Under the pieces are notes generated by a model, which saw only the letters and a list, made by a program, of their open reading frames with translations, had not been told where the DNA came from and ran no database searches. This document shows, piece by piece, positions 1 through 9,900 of a stretch of 64,000 nt of DNA. A program made the position numbers and the translations under genes. The stretch is from Candidatus Binataceae bacterium (GTDB lineage: Bacteria > Desulfobacterota > Binatia > Binatales > Binataceae): contig CAVWAA010000010.1 of the NCBI GenBank assembly GCA_963752805.1, positions 73,450-137,449 on the forward strand, read 5' to 3'. Position 1 is the stretch's first letter; the number at the start of each line of letters is the position of its first letter.

Positions 1-450
1 GACGCCAAAACCGACCAGTGCCTGGTTGCGCTGGTCGGTGATCCGCGCGAGATCATAGGTCGCGCGCGCGTTGGCGACCTGATGATCCAATTCCGGCGAT
101 TCGAGCATGGCGACCAATTGTCCTTGCTGGACCTTATCGCCCTTATCGACGTAAATTCTCTTTAGGTAGCCGGCGATTTTGGCGTACACCGGCGTTTCGA
201 TGTAGCCATGGATCGTGCCCGGCACCTCAATTGAGCGCACTGGCGGCGTGTGGAGGACCGGCACGACCAATACTCGGGGCCCTAGTTCTTCTTGTAGTTC
301 GAGCTCAGTGGTTTGGCGGCTGAGCAAACGGCTGCGCGCCATTACCAGCCCTGTGGTTAAGCCGAGTACGGCCAGCACTAGCAGTGCCCAACCGACAAAA
401 AAGCTGCCACCGGGTGGCTTTGCGCTGTACTCCTGGGGATCTTCCTCCAT
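1..450 (-). CDS. RND efflux periplasmic adaptor (membrane fusion protein), first 150 codons; gene continues past the left edge
   Basis: Own minus-strand translation from the ATG at 450: MEEDPQEYSAKPPGGSFFVGWALLVLAVLGLTTGLV (membrane anchor) ... VRSIEVPGTIHGYIETPVYAKIAGYLKRIYVDKGDKVQQGQLVAMLESPELDHQV (lipoyl-like hairpin typical of HlyD/MFP proteins). Lies about 130 nt downstream of the RND pump on the same strand. Absent from the ORF track because it is open at the window edge. Confidence 0.75.
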   Translation of the reverse strand, partial: MEEDPQEYSAKPPGGSFFVGWALLVLAVLGLTTGLVMARSRLLSRQTTELELQEELGPRVLVVPVLHTPPVRSIEVPGTIHGYIETPVYAKIAGYLKRIYVDKGDKVQQGQLVAMLESPELDHQVANARATYDLARITDQRNQALVGFGV

Positions 451-581
451 CTAACTCGTTCTCGATTCCTCCAGCCTTCTTTATCGCAAACCGAACGTCT
501 GCCGCCGCTGGCAGGTCTTGCCTGGCTCTCTGCAAGCGGAATCCGCATAGCCTGAGCTAGGTCAAACCCGCACCGTTTTCA

Positions 582-3500
582 TCAGGCGCCCGGCGATGTA
601 ACCGCCTCGATTTCGGCGTCGCGCTCGTGCTTGCCCCTAACGTTTCGCGCCAAAGTCGAGTATACCGCCGGCACCACATATAAGGTCATCAACGTGGCGA
701 CCAGAAGCCCGCCAATTACTGCACGGCCGAGTGGCGCGTTTTGCTCGCCGCCTTCGCCGAGCGCGAGCGCCATCGGCAGCATTCCCAGAATCATCGCCAG
801 CGCCGTCATCAGCACGGGGCGCAGCCTGGTGCGCGCCGCCTCGATTGCCGCAGCCGCCGGTGAGTAACCCTGCTCGCGTAATTCGTTGGCGAAGATTATT
901 ACCAGGTTGCCGTTAGCCACGCCGACCCCGACCGCCATGATCGTGCCCATTAATGACTCAACATTAATCGATGTACCGGTGACCGCCAGCATCCAGAGCA
1001 CACCCGCGAGTACCCCGGGCACCGCCATCATGATCACCAATGGCTCCATCCAGGACTGGAAATTCGCAACCATCAGCAGATATACGAGGACCACCGCCAG
1101 AATGAGCCCCAGCTCGAGCGAGGAAAAAGACTCATTCATGGCCTGGCTTTGACCCCGCACTGTAATACGCATCCCCAGCGGAAGCGTTCCAAGGCGAGCG
1201 ATCGCGTGCTCCACTGCCGCCGCGGCACCGCCGAGGTCGCGGCCTTCGACGCTGCTATCCACATCGATCACGCGCTGAACATCATAATGGTTGACGACCG
1301 CCGGCTCGACTTCCTGACGGATGGCGGCAAGGTTGGAGAGAAGTTGCGGGGTTCCGGTCGAATGGTCCATTGCAGCTGGTGAAAGCGGCGTATTGTTTAG
1401 CGCCTGTACCGAATCGATCAGGTGTTGCGGGACTTGTTCCAGCACGCTGTAACTGACCCCGTTGCGTGGATCGAGCCACCAGTTCGGCGCAAGAAGGGTG
1501 TTGGTCGCGAGCGAGGTCAGCAAGTCGGAAGCAATCGAGCGCTGATCGATGCCCAACTGCAGCGCCTTGACCCGATCGACATTGACCCGAATCGTCGGGT
1601 AGTCCAGCAATTGCGGAATACGAACGTCGGTCAGCCCAGGGATCGCGCGCATTGATCGCTCCAGACGCTGAGCGACGCCATAGATTTCGTCGATCTTTAA
1701 TCCAGATACTTGCGCATCGATGGGCGCCGACAATCCGAAATTCAGCACCTGACTGACGATATCGGCGGCCTGAAAATAGACATGTACATCCGGGAAATCA
1801 TGTGCGACCATCTCTCGGATTTTTTGCTGATATTGTATGGTCGGGCGATGCCCGGGTTTGAGTGCGATCAGAAGGTCGGCGTCCTGCGGACCGATGCTGT
1901 CGGTCTGATAAAAGGCGAGCACGTAAGCAAAGGGCGGTAGCCCGATGTTATCGCTTATCTGATCGAGTTCGCTTCTCGGAATGATGCGCCGAATCGCGCG
2001 CTCCACCTGGTCAACGATTAGCTCGGTCTGTTCAACCCGTGTCCCGGTCGGCGCCCTCAGATGCAGCTTCATCATGCCGGCATCGACCGGCGGGAAAAAA
2101 TCCTGGCCAACCACCGGCACCAGAAATACCGATGAGCCCACCAGGACCGCAACGCAAGCCAATCCAAAGCTGCGCCGCGTCACGAATTTGCCGAGGCTCA
2201 CACGATAACCCTCACGAAAACGCTCGAACCCGCTTTCGAAACCGCCGGCAAAGCGCGCCCAAAGCCCGGCACCGGACTGAGCCTCATGCGTCTCCGGCAT
2301 CAGGTAACGCGCCATCGCCGGCACGAGTGTGCGCGAGAGCAGATACGAGGTCAACATTGAATAAACGACAGCAAGCGCCAGCGGCGTGAACAAAAACCGT
2401 GCGACGCCGTACAGCAGGACCACCGGGAAGAATACGATGCAAATGGCCAGCGTGCCGATCAATGCCGGCGTAGCAATTTCGCTGGAACCATCCAGAATCG
2501 CCACCAGCAGCGGCTTATGCATTGCATGATGGCGATGGATATTTTCGATCGCAACTGTGGCGTCATCGACCAGCATCCCGACCGCCAACGCGAGTCCGCC
2601 GAGGGTCATGATGTTGATGGATTGGCCGGAGAGTTTCAGCGCAATGATCGCGGTCAGAATCGAAAGCGGGATCGACAGGATTACGATCAGCATGCTGCGC
2701 GGCGAACCCAGAAAAATGAGGATCATAAGAGCAACCAGGCCGGCGGCGATAGTCGCCTCGCGCACCACTCCCCACAGCGCACCTCTCACGAACACCGACT
2801 GGTCGAACCCGAGGTTTACCCTCATTCCCTTGGGCGCGATTTGCCGGATGAGAGGAATCATCTCGCGCACTTTATTGATGACGGTCAGGGTCGAGGCCGC
2901 CGCGTGTTTGTAAATCGGCAGATAGGTGGCTCGTTTTCCGTCGATTCGCACAACGTTGGTCTGCACCATGTGCGTGTAGGTCACCGGGGCTACTTCCCCC
3001 AAAAAAACCGGAGCGCCATTGACTACTTTCACGGGCAGGTGGTTGAAATTAATGACGTCGCTGGGGCTGCCATTCAACTCGACCCGGTATTCGCGATTGC
3101 CGATTTTGGCCGAGCCGGCGGGAATAATGATGTTGCTCGCGGTAAGCGCGTTGCCGACATCCTGAGCCGACAAGCCATTGGCGTACATCTGGCTCGGATT
3201 AAGGTTGACCATCACCGCTGGATTGCGCCCTCCGAATGGCGACGGCACCGAGATTCCCTCAATGCTGTAAAGGCGTACGCGGATGAATTGCAGGCCGTAG
3301 TCAAAGATCGCCTGTTCTGACAAGGTGTCGCTGGATAGGTTGAGTTGCGCGACAGGGACGTTAGCGGCGTTGTAGTCGACTATGTTGGGTGCCTGCATTC
3401 CCGGGGGAAAGGCTAGAAGCAGAGTCTCGGCAAGTGCGTTAAGCTGCGCGATTGCGGTGGCGGTAGTAGTGCCTGCATGAAAGTAAAAGCGAATCACCCC

Positions 3501-3767
3501 GGCGCCAGCCAGCGACTCGGACTCCATATGCTCGATATCGTTAACGACGCTGCCGGAGGCGCGCTCGTCGATAATCACCACCCGGCGCTCCATATCCACT
3601 GCCGACAAACCAGGATAGCTCCACACCACTACGACCACCGGCAGGTCGATGGCGGGGAAGATATCGGCGTTCATCCGGGTGAACGACAGCACCCCTAGCA
3701 CCAGCATCAGCAGCGCCATGACCGCGGCCGACAACGGCCGGCGCAGGGCGAGACTTACGATCCACAT
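582..3767 (-). CDS. RND efflux transporter, inner-membrane permease (AcrB/MexB-like)
   Basis: 1061-aa ORF. The N-terminus MWIVSLALRRPLSAAVMALLMLVLGVLSF..IFPAIDLPVV and the C-terminal ..ANELREQGYSPAAAAIEAARTRLRPVLMTALAMILGMLPMALALGEGGEQNAPLGRAVIGGLL are hallmarks of ACR_tran pumps. The plus-strand ORFs across 631-3843 are GC-driven shadow ORFs. Confidence 0.95.
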   Translation of the reverse strand: MWIVSLALRRPLSAAVMALLMLVLGVLSFTRMNADIFPAIDLPVVVVVWSYPGLSAVDMERRVVIIDERASGSVVNDIEHMESESLAGAGVIRFYFHAGTTTATAIAQLNALAETLLLAFPPGMQAPNIVDYNAANVPVAQLNLSSDTLSEQAIFDYGLQFIRVRLYSIEGISVPSPFGGRNPAVMVNLNPSQMYANGLSAQDVGNALTASNIIIPAGSAKIGNREYRVELNGSPSDVINFNHLPVKVVNGAPVFLGEVAPVTYTHMVQTNVVRIDGKRATYLPIYKHAAASTLTVINKVREMIPLIRQIAPKGMRVNLGFDQSVFVRGALWGVVREATIAAGLVALMILIFLGSPRSMLIVILSIPLSILTAIIALKLSGQSINIMTLGGLALAVGMLVDDATVAIENIHRHHAMHKPLLVAILDGSSEIATPALIGTLAICIVFFPVVLLYGVARFLFTPLALAVVYSMLTSYLLSRTLVPAMARYLMPETHEAQSGAGLWARFAGGFESGFERFREGYRVSLGKFVTRRSFGLACVAVLVGSSVFLVPVVGQDFFPPVDAGMMKLHLRAPTGTRVEQTELIVDQVERAIRRIIPRSELDQISDNIGLPPFAYVLAFYQTDSIGPQDADLLIALKPGHRPTIQYQQKIREMVAHDFPDVHVYFQAADIVSQVLNFGLSAPIDAQVSGLKIDEIYGVAQRLERSMRAIPGLTDVRIPQLLDYPTIRVNVDRVKALQLGIDQRSIASDLLTSLATNTLLAPNWWLDPRNGVSYSVLEQVPQHLIDSVQALNNTPLSPAAMDHSTGTPQLLSNLAAIRQEVEPAVVNHYDVQRVIDVDSSVEGRDLGGAAAAVEHAIARLGTLPLGMRITVRGQSQAMNESFSSLELGLILAVVLVYLLMVANFQSWMEPLVIMMAVPGVLAGVLWMLAVTGTSINVESLMGTIMAVGVGVANGNLVIIFANELREQGYSPAAAAIEAARTRLRPVLMTALAMILGMLPMALALGEGGEQNAPLGRAVIGGLLVATLMTLYVVPAVYSTLARNVRGKHERDAEIEAVTSPGA

Positions 3768-4098
3768 AGGCGGGCGTCTTTACGAGTCTCCAGAGGCCGG
3801 ATGGCCTGCTCGCCTCCCGCGGAGGTCGAGCGAACGACCCTAAAAATAGGCTAATATCGACCGCGCCCGCAAGTTCGAGATTTTGAATACCCAATTCTGG
3901 CTATGGAGCCCGCGAGTCAATCCCGAGCCGCTGTCATTCCGATCAATACCAACTCCGAGCGGGGAATAACGTCTAAAACCCTGCGATTGTCCTAATTCAA
4001 AGGAGCGCTGGCCAAAAAGACTCTTAAATTGTGCTAAGAATTCGCGCCCATCGTAGTTGTATACCGCAACCGGAAGCGATAAAAAGATCGTTCACGGC

Positions 4099-4176
4099 GG
4101 GGTCGTAGTTCAGCCCGGTTAGAACGCCGGCCTGTCACGTCGGAAGTCGTGGGTTCAAATCCCATCGGCCCCGCCA
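4099..4176 (+). tRNA. tRNA-Asp (anticodon GTC), CCA encoded
   Basis: Hand-folded cloverleaf: GGGGTCG / TA / GTTC-AGCCCGGTTA-GAAC / G / CCGGC-CTGTCAC-GTCGG / AAGTC / GTGGG-TTCAAAT-CCCAT / CGGCCCC-G-CCA. All four stems pair. The layout parallels E. coli tRNA-Asp. Confidence 0.9.
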
Positions 4177-4182
4177 ATCGTA

Positions 4183-4671
4183 TTGAATCGATACGTGCCC
4201 GCGGCGTATCGCGAGTTGCGGAAGTTGAAGCTGACGGAACAAACCAGAAGCGTCTCGCACGAAGATGCGCTGCGCGGCCGGCGATGGGTCTTGATCGACG
4301 CGGAAGGACGCTCGTTGGGCCGGGTCGCATCACGGGCTGCCACGGTCCTGCGCGGCAAGCATCGCCCCGATTTTACTCCCCATCAGGATGCTGGCGATTT
4401 CGTGATTGTCATCAACGCGTCGAAGGTACTGCTGACCGGCGACAAGGCCCAAACTAAACTGTATCATCGCCATAGTGGCTACCCGGGCGGAATACGCACC
4501 ACCAGTGCCGGGAAAATGCGCCAGGAGAAGCCTGAGCGCCTGGTTGAGACGGCTGTGCGTGGGATGCTGCCGAAGAATCGCTTGGGGCGGCGGCTTTTCA
4601 CCAAGCTGAAAGTTTACCGCGGCGGCGAACACCCACATGCTGCCCAAAAACCTGAGACTATCCCGCTCTGA
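4183..4671 (+). CDS. rplM: 50S ribosomal protein L13
   Basis: ..[80 protein letters not shown] is the conserved L13 pattern, and the gene is followed by rpsI as in the universal operon. The ATG at 4183 lies only 7 nt after the tRNA, so the true start may be TTG 4216 or 4225. Confidence 0.93.
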   Translation: MNRYVPAAYRELRKLKLTEQTRSVSHEDALRGRRWVLIDAEGRSLGRVASRAATVLRGKHRPDFTPHQDAGDFVIVINASKVLLTGDKAQTKLYHRHSGYPGGIRTTSAGKMRQEKPERLVETAVRGMLPKNRLGRRLFTKLKVYRGGEHPHAAQKPETIPL

Positions 4672-4724
4672 ACTAAGATGCTCAGCCGCGGCAGCTTAGC
4701 TAATGAGACGACCACAACCGCAAA

Positions 4725-5123
4725 ATGGCAGAAAAGAAAAACACGATACGACGTACCGGCCGCCGCAAGACCGCGATTGCCAGTGTGCGGCTTGTCCCCG
4801 GCTCCGGCCAAATCTCGATCAATGAGCGAACCCTCGAGAATTATTTCCCGAGGGATACGGCGCGAATGCGCATCATCGAGCCGTTTGAAGTGACCGAAAC
4901 TGCTGGCCAGTTCGACGCTATAATCAGCGTCAAGGGTGGCGGCAGTTCGGCACAGGCAGACGCTGTTCGCCACGGAATTTCGCGGGCTTTGCTGACCAGC
5001 TCTGATGCCTTACGCTCGGCGCTTAGAAAAAATGGAATGTTGACGCGCGATCCGCGCGAAGTCGAACGCAAGAAATACGGCCGGCACAAGGCGCGAAAAC
5101 GTCCGCAATACTCGAAGCGCTGA
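4725..5123 (+). CDS. rpsI: 30S ribosomal protein S9
   Basis: ..[55 protein letters not shown] is the canonical S9 C-terminus. Confidence 0.95.
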   Translation: MAEKKNTIRRTGRRKTAIASVRLVPGSGQISINERTLENYFPRDTARMRIIEPFEVTETAGQFDAIISVKGGGSSAQADAVRHGISRALLTSSDALRSALRKNGMLTRDPREVERKKYGRHKARKRPQYSKR

Positions 5124-5132
5124 TCAGGGTCG

Positions 5133-5588
5133 TCATGCCTGTGCCAGCGGCTGCCCGAACAGATCCTCGGCGCGATCGATTTTGATCAGAACCGCGAATC
5201 CCTTTTTCTCGGGGTCGCGGTCCTTTTCCGGCTGGATCAGACGATTCCAGACCTGCTCGTAGACCTCATTCGACTTGTGAATCGCGGCGATGCCGTAGAA
5301 GCGGGCTATGCCCCCAAGCGGCAGAATGCCCTCACCTCGCAGTGAAGATTTCCTGAAAAAGATCGTGACCTTGGTGCCGTCGGACCAATTCTCGGTGGTC
5401 GAACCGCGTCCGCGTTCCCACAATGCTATATGCTCGTCGTCGAACACCATCGTGCTGCCGCGCGGCGTCACTTGTGCGAAACCATTGGGAAGCACAGTCC
5501 CGATCAGACAGACATTGTCCGTAAAGGCTGCGTTGTTGATGTGTTGATGGAGTATTTTCGGTATTTTCGCCATCTTCACGATGACCAC
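5133..5588 (-). CDS. PPOX-class (pyridoxamine 5'-phosphate oxidase-like) flavin/deazaflavin-binding protein
   Basis: 151-aa ORF. ..GFAQVTPRGSTMVFDDEHIALWERGRGSTTENW..VTIFFRK.. resembles split-barrel PPOX-family proteins (motif memory only). The start may be ATG 5573 (MAKIPK..), which removes the overlap with the upstream gene. Confidence 0.5.
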   Translation of the reverse strand: MVIVKMAKIPKILHQHINNAAFTDNVCLIGTVLPNGFAQVTPRGSTMVFDDEHIALWERGRGSTTENWSDGTKVTIFFRKSSLRGEGILPLGGIARFYGIAAIHKSNEVYEQVWNRLIQPEKDRDPEKKGFAVLIKIDRAEDLFGQPLAQA

Positions 5589-6415
5589 GCCACAATGCCG
5601 GTGCCCGTCGACCAGGCTTTCAGCGGCTCATAAGCAAGTACGCGGGGCCGCATCCGCGCCGGCATTGCACCTGCCACCGCCAACCAGTCCCGAACTTCGT
5701 GACCGCCGTTGCCAGCAACGGCCTCGAGATCCTCGGACCGCGCGTAACGGTTCGTGATCTCCGGAACCCCATCCGCAATCAGCCTATCCAGGAACCATCG
5801 ATCGAATTCTTCATTTATCTTACCGGTCTCGGGCGGTCCGACCCAGTGCGATAAACCACCAGTGCCAAGAAACGCCACGCGCTGATTTTCCGGCCAGCGC
5901 TCGACACATGCGCCTACGAAGGCGCCCACGTCGAAACATCGCTTCAGCGTCGGCATCGGAGGCGCGAAGGCGTTCACCACAATGGGAATTATTGGGATGT
6001 TCCAGCGCGGGGTCAGGTGCATCATCGGCGCCATCTCGGCGTGATCGAGCGCAAGCTCTTCCGAAAAGGCGAAGTCCACCCCACCCTCGAGTCCCTCCCG
6101 CAGGATAAAGCGCGCCATTTTGCTTGCGATCGGCACACGCACTTGCGGTAAATCGAATCCTGCTATGGCCGGACCCTCGGCCTCATCTCCTACGCCGATC
6201 AGAAACGCCGGCAGGTTGTCGTAGAAGCAACGGTCAAAATGGTCGTCGGCAAAAGTTATCAGCACGTCGGGCCGCAACTCTTCCAGGAGCTGACGCCCGC
6301 GCGCAAAGCCAGCCCGCAGGTTATTGCGCTCAGGTTCGTGCAAACGATTCCAGTTTTCCTCTGAAGCCATGAAGGGAACGTGCGAGCAAGCGATTCCCGC
6401 CACTATCTGTGCCAT
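5576..6415 (-). CDS. Class III extradiol ring-cleavage dioxygenase, catalytic (LigB-type) subunit
   Basis: 279 aa. MAQIVAGIACSHVPF..VLITFADDHF..ALDHAEMAP..FLGTGGLSHWVG.. matches the LigB-family layout. It is paired with a LigA-like small ORF immediately upstream. Confidence 0.8.
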   Translation of the reverse strand: MAQIVAGIACSHVPFMASEENWNRLHEPERNNLRAGFARGRQLLEELRPDVLITFADDHFDRCFYDNLPAFLIGVGDEAEGPAIAGFDLPQVRVPIASKMARFILREGLEGGVDFAFSEELALDHAEMAPMMHLTPRWNIPIIPIVVNAFAPPMPTLKRCFDVGAFVGACVERWPENQRVAFLGTGGLSHWVGPPETGKINEEFDRWFLDRLIADGVPEITNRYARSEDLEAVAGNGGHEVRDWLAVAGAMPARMRPRVLAYEPLKAWSTGTGIVAWSS

Positions 6416-6418
6416 GGT

Positions 6419-6685
6419 TCATTCTCCTTGGACGATCCTGGGGTTCATCAAGGTGCTGTAATCCCGCATGTGCTTGCCGGCCGGGCCATGCGCCAACAGC
6501 AGCAGCAACGGGTTCACGCCGCGGTCATACAGTTTGCGTATTTCCCATCGCCTCAGCAGGTCCCGCTCCTCGGCCTCCAGCTTATAGTTATCGAGCACGC
6601 CGTCGATATCATCGCGGAACCGTGCCGCCAATTGATTATCGCGCCTGATATCGCGCAGCAGTTTGTCTACCTGATAGCGGCTCAT
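6419..6685 (-). CDS. LigA-like small subunit of the extradiol dioxygenase
   Basis: The internal ATG at 6685 gives MSRYQVDKLLRDIRRDNQLAARFRDD..NYKLEAEERDLLRRWEIRKLYDRGVNPLLLL, the LigA-type pattern. The stop is adjacent to the LigB-type start. The track ORF (to 6766) probably over-extends the 5' end. Confidence 0.65.
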   Translation of the reverse strand: MSRYQVDKLLRDIRRDNQLAARFRDDIDGVLDNYKLEAEERDLLRRWEIRKLYDRGVNPLLLLLAHGPAGKHMRDYSTLMNPRIVQGE

Positions 6686-6971
6686 GTGTGCGGCCCCCTT
6701 TGAGCAGAAGCCATTGACTCCAGAATGAGCCAGCCGCTCCGGCCTTAGGCTCGCTCTGAGACCCACTCCAATCTAAAGGTGCAAAGCCAATATCGTCAAT
6801 CCCGATGCGCTTTGTACCTCGGTGCCTGCGGTGGACTAGGAAGTTATTTGGGTGACCATTTGCGGCGGGAGCAGGATCAGACTAGAGATTTATAATCGGA
6901 AGAGAGCCTCAAGTTCACCCGGCAGATCAACGACCTCCTGATGGGGCGCGGGGCACAGATAGGTTTAATGG

Positions 6972-9900
6972 TTGACGATTGCGATAAAGAGGAGCCACCA
7001 AACGCGGGGCCGCCAGACTCCGAGCCGTAGCTTCTTCGTGGTGGGCATCGGCGCGTCGGCGGGTGGGGTAGCCGCTTTGCGGGAGTTCTTTAGCCATGTA
7101 AAAGCCGATAGCGGCATGGCGTATGTGGTGATCCAGCATCTATCACCGCAATACGCTAGCAATCTTCCGGCCCTGTTGCAGAACCAAACCACGGCACCCG
7201 TGACGCAGGTTACGGAGGCAGTCCGGGTCGAACCGAACCATATCTACGTCATTCCGCCCAATAAATATCTGATCATGGCCGATGGCTGGGTTCGGCTTAC
7301 CGAACCTGAAATGATGCGGGGCGGCCATACCTCGATTGATCTCTTCTTCCGCAGTCTGGCCGATTCCTACCGCAAAAACGCGATCGCAATCCTGCTCTCG
7401 GGTGCTGGGACCGACGGGACATTCGGATTGAGGCGCATTAAGGAAGGCGGGGGGTTCGTGATCGCCGAAGATCCGGCTGAGGCCGAATACCCCGAGATGC
7501 CGCGCAGCGCGATCAACAGTGGGCTGGTCAACCTGGTCTTATCGGTGGCCGAGATGCCGGATAAGTTGTGCGGCTTAAGAGACAGCGCGCAACGCATCCA
7601 GCTTCCGCTCGAACAAGAGGAACCCCTGCCCCAAACAGTAGATGAGGTGACGTTACGGGAGATATTGACGTTGCTGCGCCAGCGCACCGGCCACGACTTC
7701 TCCCAATACAAGCGTCCTACGCTGATGCGAAGAATCGGCCGCCGGATGCAGGTCCACGAAGTGAGCGAGCTGGCCGGCTACCTGAATTTTCTACATGAGC
7801 GCCCCGAGGAGTTGGAGGCGCTGTTCCGCGATCTGCTCATCAGCGTGACCAATTTTTTCCGCGATCGTGAATCTTTTGATTTCGTCGCCGAGAAGGTCAT
7901 TCCGAAGCTGTTCGAAGGCAAGCAAACGAACGACCAGGTGCGAGTCTGGTCGGTCGGCTGTGCGACGGGAGAAGAGGCCTACTCGCTTGCCATGTTGTTG
8001 TCTGAGTACGCGGCGCATCTGCTACAACCGCCTAAACTGCAGGTCTTTGCCACGGATCTCGATGACCGGGCAATCGGTGAAGGGCGTGAGGGCCAATATC
8101 CGGCAACTCTCACAACGGACGTCTCGCCTGAGCCCGTCGAGCAATTCTTCGTCAAAGACGGTGAACGTTACAGGGTAAAAAAGGAGCTGCGTGAGATAGT
8201 CCTCTTTGCAGTGCACAACGTGCTGCGCGATCCGCCTTTCTCCAGGATTGATCTGATTAGTTGCCGTAATCTGCTGATATATCTAAATCGTGAAATGCAG
8301 GAGCGAATCCTCGGAATTCTTCATTTCGCCCTGCGGCCCAACGGCTATCTCTTCCTCGGCGCCTCAGAATCGGCCGAGATCGCGCCATCTTTGTTCATTC
8401 CGGTTGATAAGAAGCACCGGATTTACGGCCGTCGCACAACAGTCGGGCCCGACCTTCGTATCGCTGACGAGTGGCTGAACGCCAAGCCGCGGCTACCTGA
8501 CGTCGTCGGAACCGCGAGCAGCGCCGTTCGCTCAGTTGGTGAGTTGCATCAGGAAGTAGTCGAACAGCTCGCACCGCCGAGCGTGCTCATCAACGAAGAC
8601 TTTGACATTGTGCATATGAGTGCGCACGCCGGCCTCTATCTCCGCTTCACCGGCGGTGAACCAACGCGCAACCTGCTGAAATTAATCCATCCCCAACTGC
8701 GTCCGGATCTGCATGCGGCACTGATCGAGGCCAGGAGTCGGAGCCCGGGCAGCGCCGTGCAAACCCGGCGGCTCAGCCTTGAACTAGAGGGCAAACCTTG
8801 CTGGGTAGCAGTGACAGTACGGCCGGCCACCCATCGCCCCGAAGCAGCCCGCGGCTGTTACCTGGTGATCTTCGAGGAAGCTGCCGAGGCCCCTTCCATA
8901 GGGTCCGGACCAGCACTGGAAGCCGGTGATGTCAGCCGCATGGAATCGGTGGACCGGCTCGAAGAAGAGCTGCAGCGTACCAAGGACCAACTCCGTTTAA
9001 CCATCGAGCAGTACGAAACTTCGACCGAGGAACTGCGCGCTTCTAACGAAGAGCTCCAAGCGATTAACGAAGAGTTACGTTCAGCCACTGAGGAACTGGA
9101 GACCAGCAAAGAAGAATTACAATCGGTCAACGAAGAATTGACCACGGTCAACCAGGAATATCGTGAAAAAATCGAAGAGCTCGGCCGCGCGAACAGCGAC
9201 CTCCAAAATCTGATGGCATCGACCGACATCGGCACCATCTTCCTGGACCGCGCTCTGCAGATAAAGCTCCATACTCCTCCCGCAGAGGAGTTGTTTAACA
9301 TTGTCGGGGGCGATATTGGGCGGCCGCTCCAACATTTCACCCACAAGCTCGACTATGATTCGCTGCCGGCTGACGCGCAGGAAGTCCTGCGGACTCTTCA
9401 GACCATCGAACGAGAAGTCCATAGCTCAGATGGCCGCTGGTATCTGGCGCGTCTGCGGCCTTACCGCACGCTCGACGACAAGATCGACGGCGTCATTCTG
9501 ACTTTCGTCAACATCACCAGCCGGCGCCGGGTCGAGGAACAGTTGCGCGAGCAGGCAGCTCGGCTGCGCGAGCAGGCTGAGATCGTCAACCTCGGTGATC
9601 TGATGGTTCGCGATGCCGATGATCGGATCGTATTGTGGAGCGCCGGCTGTGAGCGCCTGTACGGCTACACTCGGCAGGAGGCACTTGGGAAAGATATACA
9701 TGAACTACTCAAGACCGAGTTCCCGCAGCCGCTGTCAGAAATAAACTCGGAGCTGCAGAGGAGTGGCCAATGGGAAGGCGAGTTGATTCATATTGACCGC
9801 GCTGGGAACCGTATCGTGGTCGTCAGCCACTGGGCGATCCATCGCCCCGAGGAGAATCGTCCGCCCGTAGTTCTTCAGGTCAACAGCGACATTACAGCCC

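Noticed and set aside
1-3767. Pump-before-adaptor gene order (RND permease upstream of the MFP) as something unusual
   Set aside because: It is less common than MFP-RND but does occur. The operon runs off the window, so the complete organisation cannot be judged.
631-3843. Numerous plus-strand ORFs overlapping the RND pump (and similar antisense ORFs over the sheath at 37683..39260, gpJ at 20958..21788, the kinase and others)
   Set aside because: These are typical high-GC shadow ORFs. They lie antisense to strongly supported genes, have Arg/Pro/Ala-rich low-complexity translations and show no recognisable motifs.
4099-4176. tRNA-Asp as the prophage integration site
   Set aside because: The tRNA lies about 9.5 kb from the nearest phage gene, with seven intact host genes in between. 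No integrase is present and I saw no duplicated tRNA 3' segment near either prophage border.
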